Below, piece after piece: positions 36,505-45,938 of a stretch of 53,544 bases of DNA. Source of the DNA: a virus. Its lineage: Duplodnaviria; Caudoviricetes. The stretch covers positions 1 to 53,544 of IMG/VR virus record IMGVR_UViG_3300017767_000015; one strand, 5' to 3'. A program made the translations under genes and the position numbers. The first letter of the stretch is position 1. Every line of letters starts with the position of its first letter. The notes under the pieces were generated by a model. The model did no database searches. It had not been told where the DNA came from and saw only the letters and a program-made list of their open reading frames with translations.

Positions 36505-36585
36505 TTTCCTTTTCTATTACTATACGAGTCATTGACTCGTTCCAAAGAGATACTACACTACTGTTGTATCTCATGGAATCTCATC

Positions 36586-36777
36586 TCATTGGTCTTCATA
36601 AGTAATAATTCCTATAAAATTATTACCAACGCTCTTTCTATTTATGCTAATATCAACAATCTTATCTCCTGCTGCTAATGCTCTTAGCGCAGTTTGTATA
36701 AGTGTATGAATTGTGGCTTGCGTTCCAACAACTACCGTAGTAGTTAGTTTCGCAGGGTCGGTGATGGTATGGCTCAT
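36586..36777 (-). CDS. Small putative virion protein
   Basis: 63 aa, in the tail operon after the tube gene. Confidence 0.65.
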   Translation of the reverse strand: MSHTITDPAKLTTTVVVGTQATIHTLIQTALRALAAGDKIVDISINRKSVGNNFIGIITYEDQ

Positions 36778-36790
36778 CTAAGAACCCCCA

Positions 36791-37831
36791 TCAAAGTGCA
36801 TCATAGTCTGCTACGGTAGTATCGCTTGTTTTACAACGAATCTGCATCATGCTATTTGCATCTGCCAAATCATAAAGAGCATGGAAGTTCACAGTCATAG
36901 TCTGTGAATCTCTACCACTTACGCTTGTTTCCGGCATTTCATAAATTACTTTAGGAAACTCAAATTGTATGTAATTATCAGCATCAACATAAAATAATGC
37001 TGAAAGTGCGGGCGCAGCAATAGAACCATTTTTCAAAGCATTAGCACCGGACATTAAATCATTAATGTTAGGTTCATTCTTTGCTACATCACTTGATATT
37101 GATGCTACAAGACTCTTATGGAAAGTAATGCTTCCTGTTATTTCTCTTGTAGTAACAGGTGGTTTGCGAATGCAAGTATCACTACTTAGAGAATAAGTAT
37201 TATCCAAATCCCTGTTTGTTCTAATCTCAAAGTCAATACTTTGAACATGAGGAGAGAAATCGCTTGTATTTACTCCTGCTTCAAAATTAACATAAGCCTT
37301 TGAGAAGTGTGCTGCATCTCCTGTATAAGCAGGAAGAGTAGTATGCAAAGCCCCGTTATCATCATTTTGTTTTGCGCCTGTAAAATTAACTGTAAGCATA
37401 GCATACTCTCCAATACTTGAAGATACGCTAATAGAATCAATTACTTGACCGGAGAAAACATGCTCGGATTCATCTCTTCCACACATTACTGTATAGGAAG
37501 GGAGGGTATCTGTTGCACCTACCCCTATTTCAGTAAATACTCTTGCATCATCAGCAGCAGAACCACTATCAACGCCTGTTATTCCGTGAAGACACATAAG
37601 AGTAAAAGCATCGGGTTGTAGTGCCATTGTTACTGCGCCACTTGACATTAGTTTGCTTGTTACTGCTTTTGCACTACCATAGTAGTTCATATCACTTCTT
37701 TTTAGTATATCGTATGTCTGTTGCATTGTTTCGCTTTCAACTTCGCCTACTGCATCTGCCGTTAATTCGGGAGAATTGTAGGTTGCTTCTTTTGCGATTG
37801 AGACATATCTTGTATGGTGTCCTACTGCCAT
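36791..37831 (-). CDS. Major tail tube protein
   Basis: YVSIAKEATY, LPSYT, FSGQVIDSISVS, REITGSITF, FPKV.Y; TATAAATA box about 25 nt upstream. Confidence 0.85.
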   Translation of the reverse strand: MAVGHHTRYVSIAKEATYNSPELTADAVGEVESETMQQTYDILKRSDMNYYGSAKAVTSKLMSSGAVTMALQPDAFTLMCLHGITGVDSGSAADDARVFTEIGVGATDTLPSYTVMCGRDESEHVFSGQVIDSISVSSSIGEYAMLTVNFTGAKQNDDNGALHTTLPAYTGDAAHFSKAYVNFEAGVNTSDFSPHVQSIDFEIRTNRDLDNTYSLSSDTCIRKPPVTTREITGSITFHKSLVASISSDVAKNEPNINDLMSGANALKNGSIAAPALSALFYVDADNYIQFEFPKVIYEMPETSVSGRDSQTMTVNFHALYDLADANSMMQIRCKTSDTTVADYDAL

Positions 37832-37868
37832 GTTCTAAGACATGAATATTATAACTAATAAAGGCTTC

Positions 37869-38984
37869 TCACACTTCTCTTAAGAACATGCGAATCTTTT
37901 TCATATAAGTTAGTGTTAGAGTATGAACACACACAACTTCATCATCATCAATCTTATGGTCTAATGTTGTAGTGTGGCCTATAAGGGAATCAACACCATC
38001 TTCTAAACCTGTCTTAGTATATAGTTCATCAAAGATTTCGCCCATTATAGATAGACCTAAGCGATAAGCATTTTTGTAATCAGTTCCTTTTGTGGTTACA
38101 TATACTATTACATTGTATTGTTGGTCTGTTCTTGTTCCACTTAGAGTTAAGAACTCCGGACTTTCTATCTTCTGTGTAATTACATGGATAGATGGTGGAT
38201 GAATACGATTAGTCATAGCATTAGAAGATAGGTCATAACCATAGACTATTCCTCCTTCTCCTACATGAGTCTTGATAAAAAATCTTCTTGATTTCTTTAG
38301 TATATTTACAATGTTAATACCTGTTCTAATTAGGCTATTAGTAGTAAAGTCGGACATATCCATTTCATCGGGGGAGTATGCGCCATAAGGAGTATAATAA
38401 ACTGAATACCAATTTATTTTTCCGCTTTGATTACCAAAAAAAGCCCCTTGATTTGCCGAAACAGGACAATTGACTTCTAAGTAGTGTGTATTTGCATCAT
38501 CGTCTTCTACTATCTCTCTTACATATAATCTTGCTATTCCGCTACTATTAAGAGTAAGACGAAGAAGACAAGGAACGGCATTAAATTCCAGCATTTTTAA
38601 ATCTAAATCTCCTGTTGTTTTACTACCACTTGGGGCAGTTCCAACAAGAGTTAATGTGCTGGTAGAAGGATTAACTCTAACATTTGCTTGATGGCTTCCG
38701 TTATCTAATGTTAGTATATCACTTGAACCATCGGGAGGATTGGTAACATCATAGGATATTCCAGCAATTATAGTTAAATCATTTTCATCATCTGCTACTG
38801 TCTGCTTCCATATTTGCCCTGCCGTTCCTTCGCCGTCAATTTCCCAAGCATTACCCGAAACTGAACCGTTTGAAGAACTACCCGCATGTAAAGTCCATGC
38901 AGTATTGTTATTACCTACGGGAGATGTAGGGTCATTACCCCCAAGTCTTGAAGTCCAAAAATGATTATTCTTTGCTATTGCCAT
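37869..38984 (-). CDS. Tail terminator-like protein with an N-terminal beta-rich extension
   Basis: C-terminal PPSIHV...YNVIVYV.TK......L.I...IFDEL; directly upstream of the tube gene. Confidence 0.55.
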   Translation of the reverse strand: MAIAKNNHFWTSRLGGNDPTSPVGNNNTAWTLHAGSSSNGSVSGNAWEIDGEGTAGQIWKQTVADDENDLTIIAGISYDVTNPPDGSSDILTLDNGSHQANVRVNPSTSTLTLVGTAPSGSKTTGDLDLKMLEFNAVPCLLRLTLNSSGIARLYVREIVEDDDANTHYLEVNCPVSANQGAFFGNQSGKINWYSVYYTPYGAYSPDEMDMSDFTTNSLIRTGINIVNILKKSRRFFIKTHVGEGGIVYGYDLSSNAMTNRIHPPSIHVITQKIESPEFLTLSGTRTDQQYNVIVYVTTKGTDYKNAYRLGLSIMGEIFDELYTKTGLEDGVDSLIGHTTTLDHKIDDDEVVCVHTLTLTYMKKIRMFLREV

Positions 38985-38986
38985 AT

Positions 38987-39682
38987 CTATACCCTACCAT
39001 ATCCTAATCCTGCGAATCTTGCTAAATTCTCTTTTATTAATTCTTTATCTTTTTCAAATTCTTTTACTACATGATTTTCTATATTTAGCATAAAATCATA
39101 AGTTCTTTTAAAGCCCGGATGTGTTTTGTTTTTCCTTAAGCCTACTGCATAATCAAATCCTCTACCTGTTTTTGAAAACCATCCGGTAGAAGACCTTACC
39201 ATAGCAGGTAAAAATGGGGAGTAAGTAAATGGTTTCATACCACCTGCTACTATTTTTGCGATTTCTCCACCACGACTACCACGAACACCAAATCTTGCCA
39301 TTCGCATTTCTTCTGCTGCATAGACACGAATAAATGTGCTTCCGGCAATAGTATCATAATTTAAATGGTCTGCTACTTTTGTATAGATATTTCTTGATGA
39401 TGTTGGAGGAGGAGGAATCCTAACACCTGCTAAAGCACCTGCCATTCTTTTTAGTTTCATTTGCGTTTCTTTAATTGCAGCATCCACTCTTTTAACAAGA
39501 GCCTGTTTAAGAATAGCATCTCCATTAAGACCTAATTTATCAAGGGCTACTCGCAATTCGTGGTCATCCCAATCTATACGATACTGACCTTGAATAGCAC
39601 CACCGGAAGAACCCCGCATTCCTTTGCGAGGAACATTCCCCTGTGCGCCACCTTTGCCATACCTAAATGTTGCGCGAACCAT
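38987..39682 (-). CDS. Basic neck/tail completion protein (HK97 gp10-like position)
   Basis: Arg/Gly-rich, HPG...DFM near the C-terminus; start moved to ATG 39682. Confidence 0.55.
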   Translation of the reverse strand: MVRATFRYGKGGAQGNVPRKGMRGSSGGAIQGQYRIDWDDHELRVALDKLGLNGDAILKQALVKRVDAAIKETQMKLKRMAGALAGVRIPPPPTSSRNIYTKVADHLNYDTIAGSTFIRVYAAEEMRMARFGVRGSRGGEIAKIVAGGMKPFTYSPFLPAMVRSSTGWFSKTGRGFDYAVGLRKNKTHPGFKRTYDFMLNIENHVVKEFEKDKELIKENLARFAGLGYGRV

Positions 39683-39686
39683 ACTA

Positions 39687-40211
39687 TCAAGCCTTACCCA
39701 AATGAGCAAGTCTTTGTAGTTCTGCATACCCACGCATACGAAGATTCTTTCCTCGTATATCGTCGGTAGTTTGATGTGTTGATTCGTCTTCAAGATAAAG
39801 ACCGCTTGCTATATCAGCACATAACTCTCTTAGAGCATGAGCCATTTGTCCTTCTTGGACTATAACTCCTACTGCATGGTCAAATGAAATTCCTGTGCAA
39901 CCTGTAAGATTTATTGATGTTTTGCCTGTCCACGAAAAGGAATCTCCATCAATATTTCCCGAACCCGATGTTGAAAAGGGAACTGCCGTTGGTAGTACAA
40001 TAGTGGTTGAGTTAGCAGAAATGGGGTCATGCGTAACGATATTTATTAATCCTTTATGTGGTTCATCTCTACCATAGTCAAGAAAGCATTGGTCTATTTT
40101 TACACCTGCCCTTCTAATACAACTATTGATTCTACTTTCTGCCCTGCTACGCTGCGCGCTATCAAGACCAAGTCTTTGACCCACATCGGCAGCAGAACAA
40201 TATGATACCAT
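39687..40211 (-). CDS. Head-tail adaptor protein with an inserted beta domain
   Basis: YCSAADV...L...I..A...ID..F and LRELCADIA helical adaptor pattern. Confidence 0.7.
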   Translation of the reverse strand: MVSYCSAADVGQRLGLDSAQRSRAESRINSCIRRAGVKIDQCFLDYGRDEPHKGLINIVTHDPISANSTTIVLPTAVPFSTSGSGNIDGDSFSWTGKTSINLTGCTGISFDHAVGVIVQEGQMAHALRELCADIASGLYLEDESTHQTTDDIRGKNLRMRGYAELQRLAHLGKA

Positions 40212-40489
40212 TACTCAATCACTTCCTCAAGTCTTGCGATTAAGTCAGCCTTAACTCCTTTAGAGTCAATCCCATGTTCTTCACATAGAGCAACAAGGTC
40301 TGCTTTCTTCATCTTTTTTACTTCGGATATGCTCGGTAAATCCTTTAGCATATCTACCGCTTCAATGACTTCATCAAGACTAATTTTACCATCGGCCATA
40401 GCCTTTTTGTAAAACTTATATCCTCTTTCAATCGCAACAACGGCTATCCCTATTCCTAATATTATTATTTCTGTTTCCATATTTTTCAC
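40211..40489 (-). CDS. Membrane-anchored protein with EF-hand-like loop and SAP-like domain
   Basis: IIILGIGIAVVAI; ADGKISLDE; MKKADL..LC...G....G.KADLIARL. Confidence 0.7.
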   Translation of the reverse strand: MKNMETEIIILGIGIAVVAIERGYKFYKKAMADGKISLDEVIEAVDMLKDLPSISEVKKMKKADLVALCEEHGIDSKGVKADLIARLEEVIE

Positions 40490-40650
40490 TCCTCCTTGTA
40501 TTCTATACTTTTAATGCACGAAAATGGGAGACTCATAAATGGCTTGCTTTCGCCTATCCTATATAGACGGTAGCCGTGTGGTGTCTCTTCAATCTTTACA
40601 TTCGTATAGCATCTTTCGGGGGGAATATAAACTACTTTTCCTTTCATCAT
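40486..40650 (-). CDS. 54-aa hypothetical protein (not in ORF track)
   Basis: MMKGKVVYIPPERCYTNVKIEETPHGY...IEYKEE*; AGGTGA SD; coupled on both sides. Confidence 0.65.
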   Translation of the reverse strand: MMKGKVVYIPPERCYTNVKIEETPHGYRLYRIGESKPFMSLPFSCIKSIEYKEE

Positions 40651-40754
40651 TTCTTATCACCTGTTACAAAATCTTTCTTTGTTTTCTTTTCGTCTTCATC
40701 AATTTCTTTTGACTTGGCATCAAACCAAGCATCTAAATAATTACATCTCGTCAT
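40647..40754 (-). CDS. 35-aa hypothetical protein (not in ORF track)
   Basis: MTRCNYLDAWFDAKSKEIDEDEKKTKKDFVTGDKK*; GGAGGT SD. Confidence 0.55.
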   Translation of the reverse strand: MTRCNYLDAWFDAKSKEIDEDEKKTKKDFVTGDKK

Positions 40755-40755
40755 T

Positions 40756-43050
40756 TTATCTACCTCCGCCCATCTTGCCTCCACCTGTTATGTCTTTAGT
40801 GGTAAAGCCGTAGTTAGGAATCAATTGTGGCTCTTTAGTGATTGGATTTTGAATTAAATGCACTTGATGGTCGCAGATTAACAATAGTCTGCAAGGGTCG
40901 CCATCTTCCCCTTCGTCGGGAACTTCGGGTTCTTCTTGTGATAAATCAAGAGGTAATATATCGTGAACTCCGGCATCTAATACTCTAACATTACTTACAT
41001 TTTCTAACCCAATAATTATAATTTCACTACTAACAGGAGTAATACCTCCACCACCTGCATTAACAACACTCATACTTCTAACAAAATATGTCGCAACACC
41101 GCCCATATTACTCGTCATATCTAATTTGTATTTTGTTATATTTGTAAATTCATAATTCCCCACTTGTCCGTAAAAGATGTATTCACGGCCTGTATTTGTT
41201 CCTACTGCACCTATTCTATTCGCAGTAATAACATCTGTGGCTGGCGACGAGTCATTTGTTGTTTTGGGAGTAAATACTGATACATCTTTATCATGAGTTC
41301 CACCCGTTGATACTCCTATTTCTATTGTATCGCCATCTTGTAGTTTTCTAAATGGAGAAAAATTATTAGCCGAAGGTTGCTCATCGTGCTTGAATAATGG
41401 ATAGCCACCCCCACCACCACCACCACCACTTGATGCAAATGTAATTGTATCAGTAGAAGCATTAGTAGTAATAGTCATATTGCTACCCGCAGCAAAAGTA
41501 AGTGTATCAGTAGCCGAATCTGCTACTACATTAGTTTGTCCTGCTACTGCTATTGTCTCAAAGAGATTCTGCGTAGAGCCTCCACTTACTGTTTGCCAAG
41601 AACAAGTGCCGTCACCATCTTCTCTTAAAAATTTAGTGCCACCTGTCTCACCTGTTGATTTTAATTCTGTGCCTTCTAAATCACAACCAATAGTTATAGT
41701 ATCTGTTGCGCTTGCTACCGATGTAATACCCGTTCCTTGAGCAATTGTTAAGGTGTTGCCGTCAGTGATTGTTTGGTTTGAGCCACTTGAACCTGCAACA
41801 GTAAAAGAGGTCATACCTCCTCCTCCTCCGCCCCCACCTACGGCTGAACCATCAAGATAAAGGGCATTTGAAGCACCGCTATTTAACCATAAAGTGTTGC
41901 TTACAGAAGGTTGAGATGAAATAGGATTAAGTGTTATACCATTACCTGCACTTAGTAATCCACCACTAAAAGTAAAAGTCGAAGATGTAGCCAATTTTTG
42001 AACACTATCACCATAAGGTATTCTACCATTTATTACCATATTTAGACCTGTTCCTCCATAGGCAACATCTAAGTTAGGAGTTCCACTAATATACATACCA
42101 TCTGCTACTTGCTTTAGACCTAATGTTCCTCTAATCTTTGGTCTATTTATTGTCAGTAAAGTAGCACCTGCGCTTGGTCTATTCCCAAACCATATACCAC
42201 TATTTACTGTTAGATTATCAAGATATAATGTTCCTTGTAGTGTTGTTTTAGGATTAGTAAGACCTGCTCTATTAGATAACTCTACATTTCTCCATGTGAA
42301 CCTAAGTCCAACTGTATTAAAATCACCATAAAGGTTTGATGAAGAAGTAGGGAATCTAAAACCTGCTTGAAAATCCCAAGTTCCATAACCACCATCAAAT
42401 GCTTCTGCGGTATTTGTAGCAGGGATATGAAAAGAATTATCAGCAGAAGCATTGTATTGACCGTCTATTTCCCAACGAAGGTCTCTATCATTTTGCGAAG
42501 GTATATAACTTCCAACGGCAGAAGGAGTCGCATAAGTAAATGATTGCATAGATATTTTATTTGCATTTGTGCTAAGAGTATTTGATACATACTTTGGTGA
42601 AAATTTACTACCATTATATCTTACATGGGGGTATTTTCCTGTATCTAATAATACCGGAGTGCTACCATTACCTGTAAATATATATTCTAAGTTTGCCCTT
42701 CCTGCTGCATTAACAAAGGGGTCTGTGCAATTATTCTTTACATAAGTTTGATTTGTATTATAAAATGCCGTTCCTGTAAAGGTTAATGATTTAGCAGAAC
42801 CCGCAGTTATGCAGTTTTCTGCTTCTAATGTAAAACTTGATGCTATTGATACATTGGTAGCAAAAGTTATTTCTCCTGTATAAGTTGCTTCAATAGAAAT
42901 AGCATTTACAGAAGCAATATCCCAATTACAATTATTAGCATTAAGAGCGAATCTTGCTATATCTAAAGCACCGGGCGAACCGCTTGGAAACCAATTACCT
43001 GCCGTACTTGCATTACCAGCACCGGAAGCAACCCATAATTTAACTGCCAA
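40756..43050 (-). CDS. Fibre/spike protein encoded in the head-neck region
   Basis: Beta-helix-like N-half; LDVAYGGTG; two fibre-shaft repeats (NTLTIAQGTGI, DTLTFAAGSNM); KFLREDGDG..SW; poly-Gly hinges. Confidence 0.7.
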   Translation of the reverse strand: MAVKLWVASGAGNASTAGNWFPSGSPGALDIARFALNANNCNWDIASVNAISIEATYTGEITFATNVSIASSFTLEAENCITAGSAKSLTFTGTAFYNTNQTYVKNNCTDPFVNAAGRANLEYIFTGNGSTPVLLDTGKYPHVRYNGSKFSPKYVSNTLSTNANKISMQSFTYATPSAVGSYIPSQNDRDLRWEIDGQYNASADNSFHIPATNTAEAFDGGYGTWDFQAGFRFPTSSSNLYGDFNTVGLRFTWRNVELSNRAGLTNPKTTLQGTLYLDNLTVNSGIWFGNRPSAGATLLTINRPKIRGTLGLKQVADGMYISGTPNLDVAYGGTGLNMVINGRIPYGDSVQKLATSSTFTFSGGLLSAGNGITLNPISSQPSVSNTLWLNSGASNALYLDGSAVGGGGGGGGMTSFTVAGSSGSNQTITDGNTLTIAQGTGITSVASATDTITIGCDLEGTELKSTGETGGTKFLREDGDGTCSWQTVSGGSTQNLFETIAVAGQTNVVADSATDTLTFAAGSNMTITTNASTDTITFASSGGGGGGGGYPLFKHDEQPSANNFSPFRKLQDGDTIEIGVSTGGTHDKDVSVFTPKTTNDSSPATDVITANRIGAVGTNTGREYIFYGQVGNYEFTNITKYKLDMTSNMGGVATYFVRSMSVVNAGGGGITPVSSEIIIIGLENVSNVRVLDAGVHDILPLDLSQEEPEVPDEGEDGDPCRLLLICDHQVHLIQNPITKEPQLIPNYGFTTKDITGGGKMGGGR

Positions 43051-43051
43051 T

Positions 43052-43438
43052 TTAGTTCACCTGCCGAGAATCGGTTTTACCAACGCTAAAAGCACTACCA
43101 CCCTTCTCGGATATTGCAGACATTAATTCATCTGCTCTTTGTTCAAACCTTGCTAACTGCGCTCTTACTCTTATATCGTGGCTTCTTTGCTCGTTATCGG
43201 GCAAATATGAAGGAATAGTATCTAACATAACTCGCAAACAATCTGTTGCGACTAACATTTTAATCGCAGATTCTTTTTCTATTTCTTCAACACCTGTTGT
43301 AATACCATACTTAGAAGCAGAACGAGCCTTTTTTGCGACTTCTTGCGTTCTCATAGTGAGATATTCAGCAATAGTCTCCTCATTTAGACCTCTTGGCCTA
43401 TTGAGTAAGTCTCTAATTTGAGTTGTCGTTACCGCCAT
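43052..43438 (-). CDS. Putative head completion/adaptor-like protein
   Basis: VT..QIR.LL....L.EETI.EYL..., AIKMLVA helical pattern. Confidence 0.55.
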   Translation of the reverse strand: MAVTTTQIRDLLNRPRGLNEETIAEYLTMRTQEVAKKARSASKYGITTGVEEIEKESAIKMLVATDCLRVMLDTIPSYLPDNEQRSHDIRVRAQLARFEQRADELMSAISEKGGSAFSVGKTDSRQVN

Positions 43439-43841
43439 TCTCTTTCACCTTCTTACTACTTGACTTCTTCTTAGGTGTTGATTTCTTTTTTGGTGTAACT
43501 TTTTTTTCCGCTTTAGGTTCTGTGTAAGTTTCAGTCTTAGGAACATCAATAAGAGTGTGAAGTTTTGAATCGTATTCTGCACGACCTAATGGAAACATAG
43601 CACCTGTTTTCATAACCTTACGAGCAAACTCACTTGCAGGAACAAAAATAACTGTTCCTAAAGGAATTTCAACAGGTAATTGTTGTCTTGCATAGAATCT
43701 TGTTTTTATTCTTCTAAACAAAAATCCTCTTGATGCTTCCCAAGTATTCAAACGGTGCATCATAGCATCGTATGAATCTTCTTCGGGAAGAGGAAGACCT
43801 TTATCTTTTAGAGCCTTTGCGACTGCTGCCTTACTCTTCAT
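43413..43841 (-). CDS. Hypothetical protein with Lys-rich tail
   Basis: 142 aa; KKVTPKKKSTPKKKSSSKK. Confidence 0.7.
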   Translation of the reverse strand: MKSKAAVAKALKDKGLPLPEEDSYDAMMHRLNTWEASRGFLFRRIKTRFYARQQLPVEIPLGTVIFVPASEFARKVMKTGAMFPLGRAEYDSKLHTLIDVPKTETYTEPKAEKKVTPKKKSTPKKKSSSKKVKENGGNDNSN

Positions 43842-44022
43842 CCTTAACTACCTCTTTTTTAGGGGTCGTTTTCTTAGTGGAAGAAGGTTTGGGTTTTTTA
43901 AACTCCGCAAGCAAAACCCTAACACCAGCATAACTTGTCTCTTTCGACACAAGTTCTTTCTGTGAATCACTTAAGGCTTTACCGCCTTTGGATTCTGCAT
44001 ACTCTATGAACTTTTTAGACAA
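43831..44022 (-). CDS. Small Lys-rich protein
   Basis: GGTGA SD with TTG start; follows the capsid gene. Confidence 0.65.
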   Translation of the reverse strand: MSKKFIEYAESKGGKALSDSQKELVSKETSYAGVRVLLAEFKKPKPSSTKKTTPKKEVVKDEE

Positions 44023-44040
44023 CTAAATCACCGCCTAACC

Positions 44041-44958
44041 TCAAGCGGAGATGTTAGAAATCTTAGCAATTCGGTTGTTCTTGCCGTCACCAGCAGTAGC
44101 CCCGTCTTGCATTTCGTGAACAATGCAACCCATGTATCCTGTTAGCATCCAATCGAAACCGACACCCGGAATACGAGTCAATTCAGTTTCTCTAAATCCA
44201 TCACCGTTGTATTGGAAGAACTCCGCAGTCTCCGACCCCGGAACTAATAGAAGTGCGGTATCAGCAAGACGAGCGTTTCTTGAGTAGTATAGAGTAATGT
44301 TAGCCATTCTCTTCAAGTGACCTTCAAGAGATTCAACAACATTTCCGTATAGAGTAGTCTGCAATAGAACATTTCTGTGCTTTGCAGGAACTACAAGAGC
44401 AAGAGGCTCATTACCGGAAACACGACCATTCTCAAAAATCAAGTCCATAGCCTTTAGGATGTTTGCTTCTGCGTCACCGCTTGCGGTATCCCATTCGCTA
44501 CCACCTGCTACTGTTACTGTTTGATTTGCACCAGCAATAAGAGTCTCAAGGATTAGGTCATCAATTACATCAGCCATGTTTCTAACGATAGCCAATTGTT
44601 GTCTGTCCATGTTTTCAAAGGATTCTCCACGAAGTAGTGTAGAGTCAAGGAAGATACATCGGCCTTGTCCTTTCTTCAAGTGAACTGAATAGTTAAGTGT
44701 TCCGACTTTTGTTGGGTCGGTTACTGCGTTATCAGCAAGAGGATAAGTAAATGTTCCTTCTGCACCTGTGTAGAATGTGTATTCTAACCATCCTACTTTT
44801 CGGACACCAACCAATTGAGTTCCTACTGCGATAGTAGTGGACTGTAATTGGATAAAGTCTCTTAGGGTTTGTTCAAGGACTGCATCGGCTTGTCCGAATG
44901 CGCCTGTTGCTGCTTCTACTGTTAATATTTGTTCCAAACTGTTATTCATATTTTTCAT
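44041..44958 (-). CDS. Major capsid protein (HK97 fold, compact)
   Basis: Follows protease and decoration genes; long helix QLAIVRNMADVIDDLILETL, W.T...D....I..A...I...G, LVVP. Confidence 0.8.
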   Translation of the reverse strand: MKNMNNSLEQILTVEAATGAFGQADAVLEQTLRDFIQLQSTTIAVGTQLVGVRKVGWLEYTFYTGAEGTFTYPLADNAVTDPTKVGTLNYSVHLKKGQGRCIFLDSTLLRGESFENMDRQQLAIVRNMADVIDDLILETLIAGANQTVTVAGGSEWDTASGDAEANILKAMDLIFENGRVSGNEPLALVVPAKHRNVLLQTTLYGNVVESLEGHLKRMANITLYYSRNARLADTALLLVPGSETAEFFQYNGDGFRETELTRIPGVGFDWMLTGYMGCIVHEMQDGATAGDGKNNRIAKISNISA

Positions 44959-44978
44959 CTCCTATGTTATATTACTGC

Positions 44979-45404
44979 TTAGTTAGCAGTTCCAACTCCT
45001 GTCATTACAGGGATTAATTCACCTGCGGTTGTTGAAGCGACTCCTTCACCAATGTAAATACCAATAATTTTTCCTGCGGTTGAACTGCCGGAGTCGTCGC
45101 CATCAGCAACAAGTCCTCCATCGTCAGCATAAACAGGTAATCCTGTGGTAAATGCTTGACTTGCTTTTGCTGCTATCATCATTACACCACCAAGAGGTCG
45201 GAAACCGACTCTTGCACCTGCGGCAGTCACAAGACCCGAAGAATCTCTTTCGGACTCGTCTGCGGAGACACCAAGAACGGTCTCTCCCCATGTAACCAAG
45301 TCAAGTGTGTTATTTGTGCTATCGTTGGTGAGCAGATAACCTGCACCAGCAACAGTAGTTCCTGTCTTCAAAATTGCGCTTCTTACTTCTTCTTTATTAG
45401 TCAT
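44979..45404 (-). CDS. Capsid decoration/cement protein
   Basis: Gly/Thr/Ala-rich, LGVS, G.PVYA...G.V, IG......AGELI.V; lies between scaffold and capsid genes. Confidence 0.7.
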   Translation of the reverse strand: MTNKEEVRSAILKTGTTVAGAGYLLTNDSTNNTLDLVTWGETVLGVSADESERDSSGLVTAAGARVGFRPLGGVMMIAAKASQAFTTGLPVYADDGGLVADGDDSGSSTAGKIIGIYIGEGVASTTAGELIPVMTGVGTAN

Positions 45405-45416
45405 ATTAAATCACCT

Positions 45417-45938
45417 TCAAATTTTCTCCTTTATTTCAGCATATAGTGGTGCTTTGTGAGTGGATTCAAATTGATTCCACGACTTAGCCCATACATTCCA
45501 TGCTTTTTCGTATATTTCTTCGGGAGTGTTTAGTCTTCTTTGGTTTAACCAATTTGAGACTACACTTGTTGAAGCAACTTTGCTCTCAACAGGTGCGGAT
45601 TCGCTTGCTATTACAGGTTTCATCTCAACGACTTCTTCTGCAACAGGCATTTTTGCTTCAAAGGAAGCGATAATAGATTGGATTGTCTCGGAAGGCAAAT
45701 CAGTTACGCCAGCAATACCAAGTTCGGTTGCTTTCTCAACAAGAGAAAGACGGGCTTCTTCTGCCTTTGCTTCTTCGTCTGCTTTGATTGCGTTTAGTTC
45801 TGCTTCCTTTTCTGCAAGGGAAGCCTTTAGTGCTTCAAGTTCTGCGGAATGATTAGGTTCAACAACCTCTTCTTCTGCAACGGGGGTCTCAACTACCTCT
45901 TCGGTTGCTTCGACTTCAATAATTTCTTCTTCGGACAT
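45417..45938 (-). CDS. Nested in-frame scaffold protein
   Basis: Internal TTTAATA box (45986-45980) and AGGTGA SD (45949-45944) precede the ATG of MSEEEIIEVEA. Confidence 0.6.
   Translation of the reverse strand: MSEEEIIEVEATEEVVETPVAEEEVVEPNHSAELEALKASLAEKEAELNAIKADEEAKAEEARLSLVEKATELGIAGVTDLPSETIQSIIASFEAKMPVAEEVVEMKPVIASESAPVESKVASTSVVSNWLNQRRLNTPEEIYEKAWNVWAKSWNQFESTHKAPLYAEIKEKI

Noticed and set aside
41400-41840. CCA/CCT triplet runs as tandem DNA repeats
   Set aside because: They encode poly-glycine hinges of the fibre protein and use mixed codons
25149-43050. Diversity-generating retroelement or invertase acting on the tail or fibre genes
   Set aside because: No reverse transcriptase, recombinase or template/variable repeat pair noticed
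44041-44958. Encapsulin shell protein
   Set aside because: The small size is encapsulin-like, but the context of portal, protease, scaffold and tail identifies a viral capsid protein
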